Below, piece after piece: positions 39,693 to 53,584 of a DNA stretch of 64,000 bases (the first letter of the stretch is position 1; the number at the start of each line of letters is the position of its first letter). The DNA lies in assembly GCA_951406725.2 (NCBI GenBank), contig OX597826.1:8432001-8496000 (forward strand), written 5' to 3'. Position numbers and translations under genes: made by a program. This stretch comes from Octopus vulgaris. Its lineage: Eukaryota. Below the pieces are notes generated by a model. That model was not told the origin of the DNA. It made no database searches and saw only the letters and a program-made list of their open reading frames with translations.

Positions 39693-39961
39693 AAGGAGAG
39701 AATATATGAAAGATATAAACATGGAAACATTCAGATAAAAGGTCTAGACTTGGAATTTTCGCAGATAATAAGCTCTAAAATAGATGATTAGAGAGTAAGA
39801 AAATAAGGAAATGAAGTTCACAGTTCATTTTTCAGAGGGTATAGATGTTGGTCCGTATATCCTTAGGTAAAACCGAAGGTAAATCCAGGCAGTATTACAG
39901 CAAAGTTTGACTCGTATGTTCACAGCATAAATATTTATTCATCGATAAAAAAATCCGTCAA

Positions 39962-40141
39962 GGCGGCGAGCTGGCAGAAACGTTAGCATGCCGGGCGAAA
40001 CACTTAGTGGTATTTTGTCTGCCGCTACGTTCTGAGTTCAAATTCCGCCGAGGTCGACTTTGTCTTTCATCCTTTCGGGATCGATAAATTAAGTACCAGG
40101 CCCGTACTAGGTCGATCTCATCGACTGGCCCCCTCCCCCAA
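39962..40141 (+). mobile_element. family B SINE monomer
   Basis: Head, B box and Meta-like core. Confidence 0.85.
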
Positions 40142-40514
40142 AAACATGTCTCAAACAGGTGTCGTGAACCATAATACATTTGTGATTTTTCTTTATGTAA
40201 ACACCATACCTGTAGAGTTTCTTTGTGTTGGATCTGGAACTTATATTGGATCATAAAACTGCATGCCGACTTGCCTGAGTATATAATTTCATGTACATGT
40301 ATATGTAAGTGTAAAAATCTGGGTATATACAGATGTGTTTGTACATGGTGTATACATGGATGTACAGTTCTCGTCCGTTGCTTGGTGTCCTTAATATTAT
40401 ACATACGTACATACATATATACGTACATATATATATAAACTAACGATTTAATTTCACATTACTTAAAGATCTTTGTGCGTAAGACACAACTAACCCGTTA
40501 AATGTTCAGATACT

Positions 40515-40615
40515 TGTGAATGGATTTGGTAGCGGGAAACTGAATGGAAGCCCATTGTACATGTGTTTGTGTCTGTCTGTGTCTGTTTCTGTGTGCGTGT
40601 GTGTGTGTGTGTGTG

Positions 40616-40684
<69 letters not shown>

Positions 40685-40915
40685 TATCTGTCCGTCTTTC
40701 TGCCCGGTTGTCTGTGTTTTTATGTCTGTGTTTGGCCTATCTGCATCGTTTCATTACCGACTTTGAGTCTTTTACAGCTCTGCAATTTAGATTTTCGACA
40801 GAATAAGTATCAGATTTTAAAATATGTACTGGGGTCGATTTGTTCGACTAAACCCTTAAGGCAGTGCCTCATCACGGCCGCAGTGCAAAGACTAAAACCA
40901 GTTTCAACAAGTAAA
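40515..40915 (+). mobile_element. 5'-truncated, diverged SINE family A
   Basis: cttgtgaatggatttggtag..gaaactgaa, (TG)n, ggggtcgatttgttcgactaa. Confidence 0.7.
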
Positions 40916-41059
40916 AAAAACAAAAATTATCTGTTAATAAGATCATAATTGTGCACTTCAGTATACCTTATATACGAACTGATACAGAAACAAATCTATT
41001 CTGAGCTGATTTTACAATACTTGTAGTTTCGGGAGTATGTTGGCCGGTTAGCAGATACT

Positions 41060-41371
41060 TACTTTGTTTGTTTGTTGCTTCTCAAGCCACGCCTGGCTCA
41101 TAACGGCCGGCTTCCCGGTTTCCTTGGCGTATAAGTTCCCCACCTAGACGGGACGCCGGTCCGTCGCAGGTGAGCTGCAAGATGCAGGAAGTAAGGGCGA
41201 GGGAAAGTTGTGGCGAAAGAGTCAGCAAAATTTCGCCATTACCTTCTACCGGAGCCGCGTGGAGCTTAGGTGTTTCGCTCATAAACACACACATCGCTCG
41301 GTCTGAGATTCGAACCCGAGATCCCTCGACCGCGAGTCCACTGCTCTAACCACCAGGCCATGCGTCTCCAC
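41060..41371 (-). mobile_element. tRNA(Arg)-like SINE (family D related) with 12-bp TSD
   Basis: Reverse-complement head ggagacgcatggcctggtggttagagcagtggactcgcggtcg..gggttcgaatc; TSD ttagcagatact at 41048-41059 and 41372-41383. Confidence 0.88.
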
Positions 41372-42091
41372 TTAGCAGATACTATTTCCCAATAATTACT
41401 CTATGAAAGAATTAATGTATTTTAGTTTACATAATATATTAAAAAGTTCATTTCATACCCTGTTCTGAGTTTCTTTAGTATCTTTGTTTTAATTTTGTTG
41501 GTTCATTAAGTTTTCCAGAAACTCATTTGAAAACAAACGAATATATTTCACATGAACTATAGACTATGATATTAAATAAACGTTCAGACAACTGTTGAAA
41601 ACAACATAGAAACAGCTTCTCTGTTTACAGCTTCAGTTAAAATTAAACAGTATTCTGTATATACAATTCTATATTAATGAAACTGAAATGTAATTTCACG
41701 AATCAATATTGATAATAACGGATGCAAGTGTATCTAATTTCGTGGTTCTACTAATCTAAGCAAAACAAGAAAGTGTGTAGGATTATATTGAGGAGAGAAA
41801 ATTAGAGAGAGACAAATGGAGTCGATGAAGGTGAGAGAGTGTGAAAGGAAAACACAAATATTGTAACAAAGAGAAGACAAAAGGGACAGAGCAAAATGTA
41901 ACACAAGTTGGATGCGGAGCACAATAAGGAAAGAAAAAGATATAGACAGTAAAATTTTAACTCACATTTGTAATAATATACGTGTATGCGCGTGTGTGTA
42001 CTTATGTATGGGGGTACGTATGAAGAGTATGTATGTAGATACATGTAGATAAACATATCGGCATGTATTTTCGTATAAATATACATAAAAT

Positions 42092-42248
42092 GATAAACGT
42101 CGCCCTTTTCAAGCCTAGCCAGAGCTTCGTGGAGCTTTTAGGGTTTTTTCGCACAATAAACACACACAACGCGGGGTCTGGGAATCGAAACTACGATTCT
42201 CCGACCGCGAGTCCGCTGCCCTAACCACTGCGCCATTGCACCTCCACT
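42092..42248 (-). mobile_element. internally deleted family D-related SINE
   Basis: Same type of head as 41060-41371, fused to the ggctaggcttgaaaagggcg tail seen at ~21780. Confidence 0.75.
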
Positions 42249-42264
42249 CATAAATGTATATACT

Positions 42265-42319
<55 letters not shown>

Positions 42320-42529
42320 CCCTCCAGTTTCTCGTAACTTATCATCTTACGTTAAATACACTGATAGTTCCGTAGGAATTGAGTACAAACAGGATTGGGC
42401 CGAAACTGACAACTCTCAAAGTTATGAACGGATTCTGATATAATTTTAATGGGGTATCCCTCAGATATTTGCCAACCTAACCTATGAAAATTATAAAGTA
42501 CACTCAATATTTTTATAGTTATATGGGTC

Positions 42530-43835
42530 CAAATCCGTGGCAAATTTGACAAGAAACCACACTTCATAACCCAACCAGAACTCAATGATCTAGTTCGTGA
42601 TCTAACACTTACTAAGCAACAAAGTGATGTCCTGGCCTCACATCTGCAGCAATGGAACTTGTTGGGTAAAGATGCTCGAGTTACAGTATGTAGGACGCGT
42701 TCTGGAGATCTACAGCAATTCTTCACTTTGGAAAACAACTTTACTTACTGTAATGATATCAGAGACCAATTCAATGCCCTTGAGCTGGCCTATGAAACAA
42801 ATGAGTGGAGATTATTCATAGATGCATCCGAAATTTTGGGGGAGGGGGTCAGTCGATTAGATCGACCCCAGTACGCAACAGGTACTTAATTTATCGACCC
42901 CGAAAGGATGAAAGGCAAAGTCGACTTCGGCGGAATTTGAACTCAGAACATAAAAACAGACGAATAGATGCATCCCTTTACAGCATGAAAACGGTTCTGT
43001 TGCACATTGGGAAAACCTTGTTATCAGTTCTAATTGCTCATTCAGTCATGTTAAGAAAGACAGGAGAACCTCGCTTTTATTCTAGACCGCATGAGTTACA
43101 AGGATCGTGAGTGGCTAATTTGCGTGGACTTGAAAGTAGTAGCCCTACTTAATGGGATACAAACTGGACACACCGAGTGTATGTGCTTCTTTTGGAAGTA
43201 GGGCCAGATCAGAATACTATGTACGCTCAGAATGGCCACCTCGGGAAACTATGACGCCTAGATGCCATAATGTAAATCTAGTTAAGAAGAAAATCATTTT
43301 GCTACCACTGCATATAAAACTAGACCTCGTGAAGCAATTTTCCAAAGCACTGCGACATAACAAGCCATGTTTGAAGTACCTCAAGGCGATCGACCCTAAA
43401 ATGAGTGATGCCAAGATTAAAGAGGACGTATTCGTAGGCCCTCAGATTCGTCAGCTTATAGTTGATGAGGACTTTGAGGCGACAATGGATGAAACTGAGC
43501 TAGCGGCCTGGCATGCATACAAAGATGTATGCAAAAGACTTCTGGGAAACACCAAGTGGCCCAGCGAGAGAGTATAGTGGACAGCCTAATCAAGTGCTAC
43601 CAAGTTCTCAGATGCAATATGTCACTGAAGATACACTTTCTTCATTTTCATCTGTCTTTCTTCTCAGAGAATGCAGGAGATGTGAGTGAAGAAAACGGAG
43701 AGAGGTTCGATCATGATATATCTCAATGGAAAACAGGTATAAGAGAAAATGGAGCCTAGCTATACTGGCTGACTTCTGCTGGGAACTGAAGCGTGACACA
43801 CCTGGGACATCTTATAAACAAATAAGTAAATACTA
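42530..43835 (+). pseudogene. Chapaev3-like (CMC, Transib/RAG1-related) DNA transposase pseudogene; element may span ~42359-44105
   Basis: ELNDLVRDL, WRLFIDAS, KTVLLH, CVDLKVV, KIILLPLHIKLDLVKQFSKAL, FVGPQIRQL, MSLKIHFLH..FF.EN.GDVSEENGERF and LADFCW, with several frameshifts. Confidence 0.85.
42830..42963 (-). mobile_element. 5'-truncated family B SINE inside the transposase
   Basis: Perfect 12-bp TSD atagatgcatcc at 42818-42829 and 42964-42975. Confidence 0.92.
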
Positions 43836-45035
43836 AAATGTAGGTTAATACAACATATAATGCTAACAAACATGTCGATTCATTATCTATTAATGAATTA
43901 ATTACAATGAACGTATTTAATCTGACTTTGGGAGCAAAATAAATTTACGGTATCGTGGAAATTGGTATAAATTACATAGTTATTAAGTCGGTGATTTTAC
44001 AAGAAAATGTGAATTTAGTACAAAAAACTTCATAATAAAATGTACCAAAGAACTGTTTTTTTTTCTTGACCCTGAAATTTGTTGTACTGTTTTATTATTA
44101 TAGTGAATTATGTATAATCAACGTTATGACTGATTAGGTTTCATTTAACGTACTTTTGATATCGGTTACATTAAACACAAAAACTGTTTTAACCTTAAAT
44201 GAGATGATAGAACAAAAAAAAAGACGTGTTTACTGAACCTGTTACAATAAAGATAAAGGTTAAGCAAACCGGTTCGATTAAACAGAGATAATATAATTAT
44301 CACTAAAAGAAACGCTAGGCTCAACCCTAACCAAACCTGAAGGCTAAACCTAAAGGGATTATTTAAACTTTGCAGCTGCATTGCCAGAGTAGTTCTAGAA
44401 GATGGGGGATGGGTTGGAAAATTAGTGAAGTTGTAAGGGGTTAGAAGAAGGGGGTTCGGTAGAAGGAACCTTGAGAAAACATCGAAGTCACGATGCTCGA
44501 TCAACTAATTGTAAGTATGCATCATCTTGGCACTTGGCAGCTGCTTCCACGTCATCTTCTTCATAGCCTCAGTCTCGGTCGGGCGTTAGCAGCCTCCTTT
44601 CTGTCTGCCGCATGATTTATAGACAAGCACCGGTAGACAGACAGTCAGGCAGTCAGACACAGAGAAACATAAACACACACGTACACAAGCAGAAGCGTAG
44701 GTATTCGGACGTAGATATATACAGACAGCTGCATATGTATTCATACATACATGCATACATATACAAATACATATATACATACATGTATACACACACATAT
44801 ATATACACACACACACACGCACATACACACATATATATATATATACATATATATGCACACATACACGCACAAATGCGTACATGTTCTTGCTTATGTGATT
44901 GTGTGAAAGCGTAAACATCAGAGTACATCAATAAATAATACAACAACAATAAACACACACTGTATATACCTCACATATAATATGCACCAACACCATATTC
45001 ATACATATATATATATATGTGTGTGTGTGTGTATA

Positions 45036-45101
<66 letters not shown>

Positions 45102-45123
45102 TGTATATATGTATATATATATG

Positions 45124-45154
<31 letters not shown>

Positions 45155-45765
45155 ATGTGTGTATGTATATATATACGTTTACAATTTTACAATTTAGAAA
45201 CACATTACTCATCGTAGCATCTTTCATATATTATCTGTTTCTATCCCCCCCCCCACTCACCCACCTACTCACCCACCCTTCTTGCTCCGCATACAAAACT
45301 TGATTTGTTTCTCTGTATTTCTATTTATGGCCGCTACCAGATACACACACACACATATGTACTCAAACACACACACACAGATGTATATATATGTATGTGT
45401 ATGTACATATATGAATACATACATACGTGTGTTTGTGTTTGTGTGTGTATGCGTGTATGGATAGCCTGTAGACACAAGTCGAACGTCGAACCTTTATTTC
45501 CTGGTTTTTAATCTTTCTTTTAACTCCTTATCTTCACATCTCTGTTGCCAATCTCGTCCTTGGGCAATCTCGTCCATTCATTTATATCATCTCGTATTCT
45601 CATATTCTTTTCGTTCTTTTGTCCACCATCGTCTGCATTCAATTGTAATAATTATTATAAATGTCTTATGATAATGGTTAAAGAATTCACACCACAGATT
45701 ATAAATGTTTAGTTCTTGTATATGGCTTATGAAATTCTTGATGAGGACTGTGTTGTAATATATAT

Positions 45766-46199
45766 TTTGTCGTATCCGGGAGGGTCATTTTTCAAATAAT
45801 AAACACACACTCCGATTGTATTGCACATCTTTAGTTTTTAATTCTTAAATGGTTAACCATTTTACCAATTAGCTAATCGATTGTTTCGTTAATTACTCGG
45901 TCAACAAATCATTCAGCTAGAGTTGCCAAACCGCTTTCGTCGCCATTCGCAAGCGCACTTTATTCCAGGACTGTCCCCAGTCCTGGAATAAAGAAGGCAC
46001 CTCATTGTTGAGGTCACAAATGGCGACGAATGGACTTTGACAAGCCAAGATGATTGATTGACTGATCGCACGATTAATTAAGTAATCAATTAGTTAATTT
46101 GTTAACTGGCAAACCAATTGACAAATAAAAAAACGATGAAGTAAAACAGAACCAAAGCGTGTGTTTATTATTGGCATAATGAGCCTCCCGACATACAAA
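45766..46199. repeat. ~430-bp foldback (long imperfect inverted repeat) with perfect central palindrome
   Basis: Outer arms cgggagggtcat..aataataaacacac / gtgtgtttattatt..atgagcctcccg; inner ttcgtcgccatt / aatggcgacgaa; core ctttattccaggactg-tccc-cagtcctggaataaag (45958-45993). Confidence 0.85.
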
Positions 46200-47198
46200 G
46201 TTTTAGATTTGTACATGATAAGACGTATATAATTGTATTCTTGAAACCATTCCTATGTTTCTTGTCCAAAATTGTGAAAAATCTTTAGGATTTAGTGATT
46301 TTTATCACGTGTTTCCTTATTTTCATTTGCTTTTTAAAAACTATTGTTCACATGTATCCCCACTCAATGTATTTTTATGAATGAAGTAAGACTTTACTCT
46401 TGGATTTGCACCTATCATTTATCTGCGACCATGCTGGAGCATTGTGGTGAATGACGTCATTGCTAAACTTTTAAGTCTGTACTTATGTTACCAATAGTGC
46501 AACTTGGGCTGAATCGCGGGAGATAAGTAAAGCATTAGACACAGACAAAAGCCCATTGTACAACTGTGTCTGTGTGTGTGTGCGGGCGCGCGTGTGTGTG
46601 CGGGTGCGTGTGTGTGTGTTTGTGTGTGTGTGTTTGTGTGTACCTGAGTATTGTTCGTCATATAATAAGTAACGCTGGTGGTATAACTATACCACGGTGG
46701 ATAATATAAGGAAATATGGTATACTGTAGGGTAATTATAATTTTATAATTTGAATTTTATTAAATTTCTTGGTGCTTATACAAAATGATGAAGTGAATAC
46801 TAATATTCAAAAAGAAAAATGTTTATTACCTTACAGTAAAATTAAAACAATATTTAAAAAGAAATAAAAAAAAAAGAAAACCAAATACACGTGTTGAATT
46901 TATTTTATGGAAGTTCACACACATACACACAACTCACTCCTGAACTTCCACTCTCTCTCTCTCTCTCTCTCTCTTTCTATTTCTCTGTTTCTTTCTCCCT
47001 GTTTTCCTTTCTCTCTCGCTCACTAGTAATAATGACGATTTGTTTATTTGCCACAGGGGTATCAGATGAGGAGGAGGCATTACAATAAGAGAATACGGTT
47101 TGTGATGAGGGGGTTACATAAAAGAAGCGAGAAAGAAAGGGAAAAAATAGGGAAATGAGATAAAATTATGCGTAATATACAAAATATGTGAACACATA

Positions 47199-47363
47199 GG
47201 TGCAGGGGTGGCTGTGTGGTAAGTAGCTTGCTTACCAACCACATGGTTCTGGGTTCAGTTCCACTGCGTGGTATCTTGGGCACGTGTCTTCTGCTATAGC
47301 CCCGGGCCGACCAATACCTTGTGAGTGGATCTGGTTGACGGAAACTGAAAGAAGCCTGTCGTA

Positions 47364-47408
<45 letters not shown>

Positions 47409-47628
47409 ATATGTTTGTGTGTCTGTGTTTGTCCCCCTAGCATTGCTTGACAACTGATGCTGGTGTGTTTACGCCTCCGTCACTTAGCGGTTTGGCAAAA
47501 GAGATCGATAGAATAAGTACTGGGCTTACAAAGAATAAGTCCCGGGGTCGATTTGCTCGACTAAAGGCGGTGCTCCAGCATGGCCGCAGTCAAATGACTG
47601 AAACAAGTAAAAGAGTAAAAGAGTAAAG
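47199..47628 (+). mobile_element. SINE family A, full length
   Basis: Homology to other copies. Confidence 0.9.
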
Positions 47629-47749
47629 AGAGATCTATGATACTGTCCTCCTGATACGGAAGAGTCTCCAACTTGAGTCAATCAAGGGACACCCCGATAC
47701 AGGATGACCCTGACCATTAAGGGTACGAACCCACTCTCACATATTTTTT

Positions 47750-47995
47750 CTCTAATCTACAGACGCAAGCCTACAGTAGGTCCATTCACCCAAACCATTT
47801 TTTTCCTCAGTCACTCACCATTTCTGCAAATGCCCGTCTCCACTTTCATTTTCCTTCCGTGCGGAGCATAGAAAAATCAATGAAGGCTTAACCGAAGAAG
47901 ATGGACTTCTTTCATGCTTTCAGTCTCGTCCAGCACACAAACACTTTCACCGCAATCACTTGACACAACATCACCTGCCCTGCTTTCTTAAGCGT
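47750..47995 (-). mobile_element. degraded L1/Tx1 ORF2 C-terminus
   Basis: Reverse complement: VIAVKVFVCWTRLKA..IFFG.AFIDF..RKMKVE...MVWVNGPTVGLRL*; compatible with the fragments at 55030 and 56140. Confidence 0.55.
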
Positions 47996-48400
47996 GCGTA
48001 GTGTTACGATAATCGTGATAGCCGATTTAATCCATCGCTTCCAGTACTTGAATGGCACTGTATTTTATAAACCCCAAATTCACTTCGGCGGAATTTGAAA
48101 GCAGAACATAAACAACCGAAAGGAATGCTGCAAGCATTTTGGCCGAGGTGCTAACGATCCTACCAGGTTTTGTATGGGGTTGGGATCACATCAACCCCAG
48201 CGGTCAGCTGGCATGTCTAGTCGGAAAGGATGAAAGATAAAGTTGTCTTCGACAGAATATGACGTCAGAACATAAATATGCCGAAGAAATACGGCTAAAT
48301 GAAGAAGAAGAACAAAAAGAAGAAGAAGAAGAAGAAGAAGAAGAAGAAGAAGAAGAAGAAGAAGAAGAAGAAGAAGAAGAAGAAGAAGAAGAAGAAGAAG

Positions 48401-48783
48401 AAACTGCTTTCTAATCGATGTATCAATACGAACAGATGCCAATGTTTTTGTAAAAGAAACGGAGAAACTTTCAAAATGCAGAGATCTGGAAATAGAGGTA
48501 ACTCGAATGTACAGCCTAAAAACAGAAACAATTCCAATCACAGCAGGCGTATCATGTATGATAAAAAAAGACATTCAGATAAATACATAACACAAACACC
48601 AGGGCTTACAAAGCATATATAACATACCGAAAATAGCACTACTAGGCACCACACACATCCTACGCTAAACACACTCAATACAGTGAATATAAGAGCACTA
48701 CAACAAACCACAGCACATACCCGAGGCACACAGAGCTGCACTGGGTAGTGCAGTGAAAGCACGTGATAAAGATAAGACTACTG
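48401..48783 (+). mobile_element. 3' end of Dong/R4 element (same family as 5651-7004)
   Basis: Homologous to 6625-7004 (tgctttctaat..gatgtatcaata ... gtgaaagcacg..actactga); followed by (TAA)n, preceded by (GAA)n. Confidence 0.9.
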
Positions 48784-49143
<360 letters not shown>

Positions 49144-49574
49144 GGTCCTTGTTGTGACTTGACAGGTAGTACAAACCCGCGAAAAACAATATCTTCAATC
49201 AACAACATGAGGATATTGGATCCTGTGCGATATCTTTAATAACAACACAATCTTAGAATACACTATACAAAAGCAGAAAAGAAGTGGTTCGAAGGAACGA
49301 TACGCAATGCGCGGTCAGACGTAAACAAACCGACCACGGCATAATTAATAATGTGTATATATATATATGTGTTATAATATTGTTTGTTTTGTTTACGATA
49401 TATGTGTGTGCGTGTGTGTGTGTACATGTACTATTCATATATACATAGATGTATAGATATAAATGTATAAACGAATGTACATATCCATATATATGTTATA
49501 TATATGTACGCATATGAATGAATGTGTCTGTTTCTCTGTTTATTGGCTGTGTTTGTGTAGGTGTGTGTGTGTGC

Positions 49575-49636
<62 letters not shown>

Positions 49637-49732
49637 TAAAGACATTGTATATTTTGAAATTGTATTAAGTACATGGCCATGCTGTTCACTATTTTGAAGA
49701 AACGTTTTATATTTAATTTTTATTCTTCTTAA

Positions 49733-49807
<75 letters not shown>

Positions 49808-49815
49808 CATTATTA

Positions 49816-49849
<34 letters not shown>

Positions 49850-49857
49850 CATCATCA

Positions 49858-49921
<64 letters not shown>

Positions 49922-50015
49922 CAATATTACTATTGTTGTTATCATTGCTCTCTTTCTTGTTTTTGCTGTACTTCGTCTTCTTCTTTATCTGCTATTTCTT
50001 CTTCATCTTCTTCTG

Positions 50016-50095
<80 letters not shown>

Positions 50096-50239
50096 TATTA
50101 TTATTTATTGTTTCGAATATTTATTCTCTTAAACCCAGGGTGACATTTCTATATTTCCATCCCCGCCTTCCTCACCTTATATGGAATGATATCTATTGGA
50201 ATGATAGAATTATTGGTGGTAGTGTTTGATATTAACAGC

Positions 50240-50560
50240 AGCGAATCATAGGATTGGTTCATTGCATCTTCTGTCTTTGATATCGTGATTCTGGATTATA
50301 TAATCATAACCGTTGGTGTCAATGTTAAGCTATGTTATCAGAATATGATATTTGAATTTTATAGTTGGATACCAAAAATCGATTCCATAAGTTGTCTGGT
50401 TTTATGGGGTATTGTGTAGATAAGAATGGTATTGAAGAATTATGTATAGTGATGTGGGGCAATAATCCGCAGGCTAACGTTATGTTCGATAGCGGAAAGG
50501 ACATTTTGAAACTTGTATACGATGCAAAAATTAGATGTGTTACGTTAGTAGATTCCTCTT
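50240..50560 (-). mobile_element. possible Penelope GIY-YIG remnant
   Basis: Reverse complement gives FKMSFRY..ACGL..HI..HNSSIPF and YNPESRY..KMQ, resembling H..SFR...LS.HI..L and YNP....C.LC.EK; very degraded. Confidence 0.35.
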
Positions 50561-51316
50561 TCTTGTAGTTCAGCTTCTGTATGTATATCAATATATGTAA
50601 TCGAAACACTACCAGCGCTTCCTCTCGGTATCTATGAGACTATGGAGTTGTAACTCCTACTTCATGCCATCGTCACCCATTTCTCTGAAGCAACGAAACA
50701 GAATGAGAAGCAAAAACACACCAAAAAAGAGTGATTTTATCAGGTAGAAGAAAATATCGTCTTCTCTTCCTATTGTATCACTATCTTACAATATACCCCA
50801 CTTGTGAGGTGAGTACAATGGATTTTAGCAGGTTTCGGTATTTAAGAAAAGAAATTCCATATGGCCACTTTAATAACGACCATACCTGTGCCTTTCGGTT
50901 GTAAATTGCGAATAGCCACCTTAATAATTTAGAATTCTCACTTCACCATTCTCGGAATCAATCAATCAATGCGTGCGTTCATTACTTGCTTATACATAGA
51001 TTAAGGTGGGTATGTCGATAGGCTACTTAGAAAACCCTCTTGTATATATCCCATAAGAAAGAGGTAATTTACAGCACATTAATAACTATCCAATTTTAAA
51101 ATTTATATGTGTGTAACTACGTCCATCTATGTTTGTGTCAACGTCTGTTCAATTCTATTTTAATTCTTTATGGAAGGAGCTAGATTCTAACGAAGCTACA
51201 AAGGTCCGTCATTCAAATGTAGATTCAAACAAATTCATATTTTGAACTTGAGAAACGGCTTGCATATTTTTATTGTTCCACTTGCACACTGTTTTTGTAA
51301 CGTGCGAATTAGCTAT

Positions 51317-51945
51317 GGCGGCGAGGTGGCAGAAACGTTAGCACGCCGGGCAAAATGCTTAGCGGTATTTCGTCTGCCGGTACGTTCTGACTTCAAATTC
51401 TGCCGAGGTCGACTTTGCCTTTCATCCTTTCGGGGTCGATTAAATAAGTACCAGTTACGCACTGGGGTCGATGTAATAGACTTAATCCCTTTGTCTGTAC
51501 TTGTTTGTCCTGCCTGTGTTTAGCCCCTCTCTTTGTTTAGCTCCTTGTGGGTAGTAAAGAAATAGGTATTTTGTCTGCCATTACGTTCTGAGTTCAAATT
51601 CCGCCGAGGTCGACTTTGCATTTCATAAATATCGGGATCGATAAATTAAGTACCAATTACGCACTGGGGTCGATGTAATCGACTTAATCCCTTTCTCTGT
51701 CCTTCTTTGTCCCTTCTATGTTAAGCCCCTTGCAGGCAATAAAGAAATAAGAAACGTTAGCACGCCGGGCGAAATGCTTAGCATTATTTCGTTTGTCTTT
51801 ACGTTCAGAATTCAAATTCTGCCGAGGTCGACTTTGCCTTTCATTCTTTCAGGGTCGATAAATTAAGTACCAGTTGGGGGTCGATCTAATCGACTGCCCC
51901 CCCTCCTCCAAAATTTCGGGCCTTGTGCCTAGAGTAGAAAAGAAT
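51317..51945 (+). mobile_element. trimeric family B SINE flanked by one 13-bp TSD
   Basis: Three Meta cores; TSD gtgcgaattagct at 51302-51314 and 51946-51958. Confidence 0.88.
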
Positions 51946-52612
51946 GTGCGAATTAGCTGGCTGTTTTCTTTTTCTGGAAACCTTAGCTTTGCCAAATTAT
52001 CCCTTACTCAGAAAACCAAGTGCACCAGTTATTATTATTGGCGATTATAATTTAGGTAGAAATCCCAAGGGTTTCGAAGCAGTTCTCCTTAGATATCCTC
52101 TTTCTCTCTGATTTTCGAAGAGTTATTCATATCAGCAGGGTATGTGTGTGGTATGCATGTGTGTCTCTCACGCGCACTTGCGTGTTCAGTCTATTGCCAA
52201 TGCCGGGTAACCAAAATCATTACGCTTTAAAAAAATTCCTTAAAGTCTCCACACAGTCTTCATTGGCTTGGAGCAGTTCTTTATTCCCTCCTTTTCTTTT
52301 TGTCTTTGACTCCTTTTTCGCTGTTATGATATCTTTTATATAATTCTTCGACAACAGACACTGGTTTAGTACTGCTATGACAAAATATTCAGTTTTATTC
52401 TTTAAAGCTGAACAACGGAGTCTCTGATCTGGTTTTTGCAACTAAGTCTTTGATATTTAGACCCTGACAATATAGCCGTATTTTTTTTTTATTATTCCTG
52501 TCGGCTCTCAAGGTTTTCCTTTTATATCTTTATACATTATCCTTTATTTTATTGATTCTCAACTGTTATTATTATTATCATTATTATTATTATTATTATT
52601 GTTGTTATTATT

Positions 52613-52653
<41 letters not shown>

Positions 52654-52739
52654 GGTTGTTATTATTATTATCATCACCATTATTATTGTTGTTATTGCTG
52701 GTGCTTTCATCATCATCATCATCATCATCATTATTATTG

Positions 52740-52905
52740 CCCCTTTATTAACGCGTCCTTTTTCTTTTGTTGCTCTCGGCCTTTCACTTGATGTAAATCC
52801 CACCACTGTTTTGTTTTTGTTGTGTTTTTGTTTTGTTTGTTCTTTTGTATTTCACGATGGAATTGTACCCAGAGTTTTGTACACTTGTGGCCAATAAAAG
52901 AAATC
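52740..52905 (+). mobile_element. probable L1/Tx1 3' UTR end
   Basis: atgtaaatcccaccact resembles atgtaaaacccgacact in the 56140-56475 3' UTR; ends cttgtggccaataaaagaaat. Confidence 0.45.
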
Positions 52906-52973
52906 ATCGTCATTATTAACGAGTAGTTGTAGTAGTAGGAGGAGGAGGAGGAGAAGGAAGCGGAGTAGCAGCA

Positions 52974-53024
<51 letters not shown>

Positions 53025-53225
53025 AACTACTAATACCATTACTTTTACTACTACTCTACCGAGGTCGACATAGCTCTCCATCCTTTCGGGGTCGATAAAT
53101 TAAGTACCATTTGAGCACTGTGGTTTATCAAACGACTTGCCATTCACCCGGAATTGCAGGCCTTGGGCTAAAATACGGAACTGTCATCATCAACGTCATC
53201 ATCATTAGCATCCTCATCATAATAG

Positions 53226-53276
<51 letters not shown>

Positions 53277-53309
53277 CATCATCATCATCATCATCATCAT
53301 CATAATCAT

Positions 53310-53342
<33 letters not shown>

Positions 53343-53391
53343 TATCATAATAATAATAATAATTATTATTATTATTATTATTATTATCATT

Positions 53392-53435
<44 letters not shown>

Positions 53436-53454
53436 TGTCATCATCATTGTTACT

Positions 53455-53486
<32 letters not shown>

Positions 53487-53584
53487 AATGTTTTTACGTC
53501 CGCTTCCAGTATTAATTGTAATCATGTCAATGAAGTCAGCCTGTTTTGAAATTACCATTTTAGCATTTATTACACTTTCTACGT

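Noticed and set aside
41290-41371. tRNA gene (also at 21555 and 42170)
   Set aside because: The tRNA-like head runs into a SINE body, with TSDs at two of the three loci, and has no proper acceptor stem.
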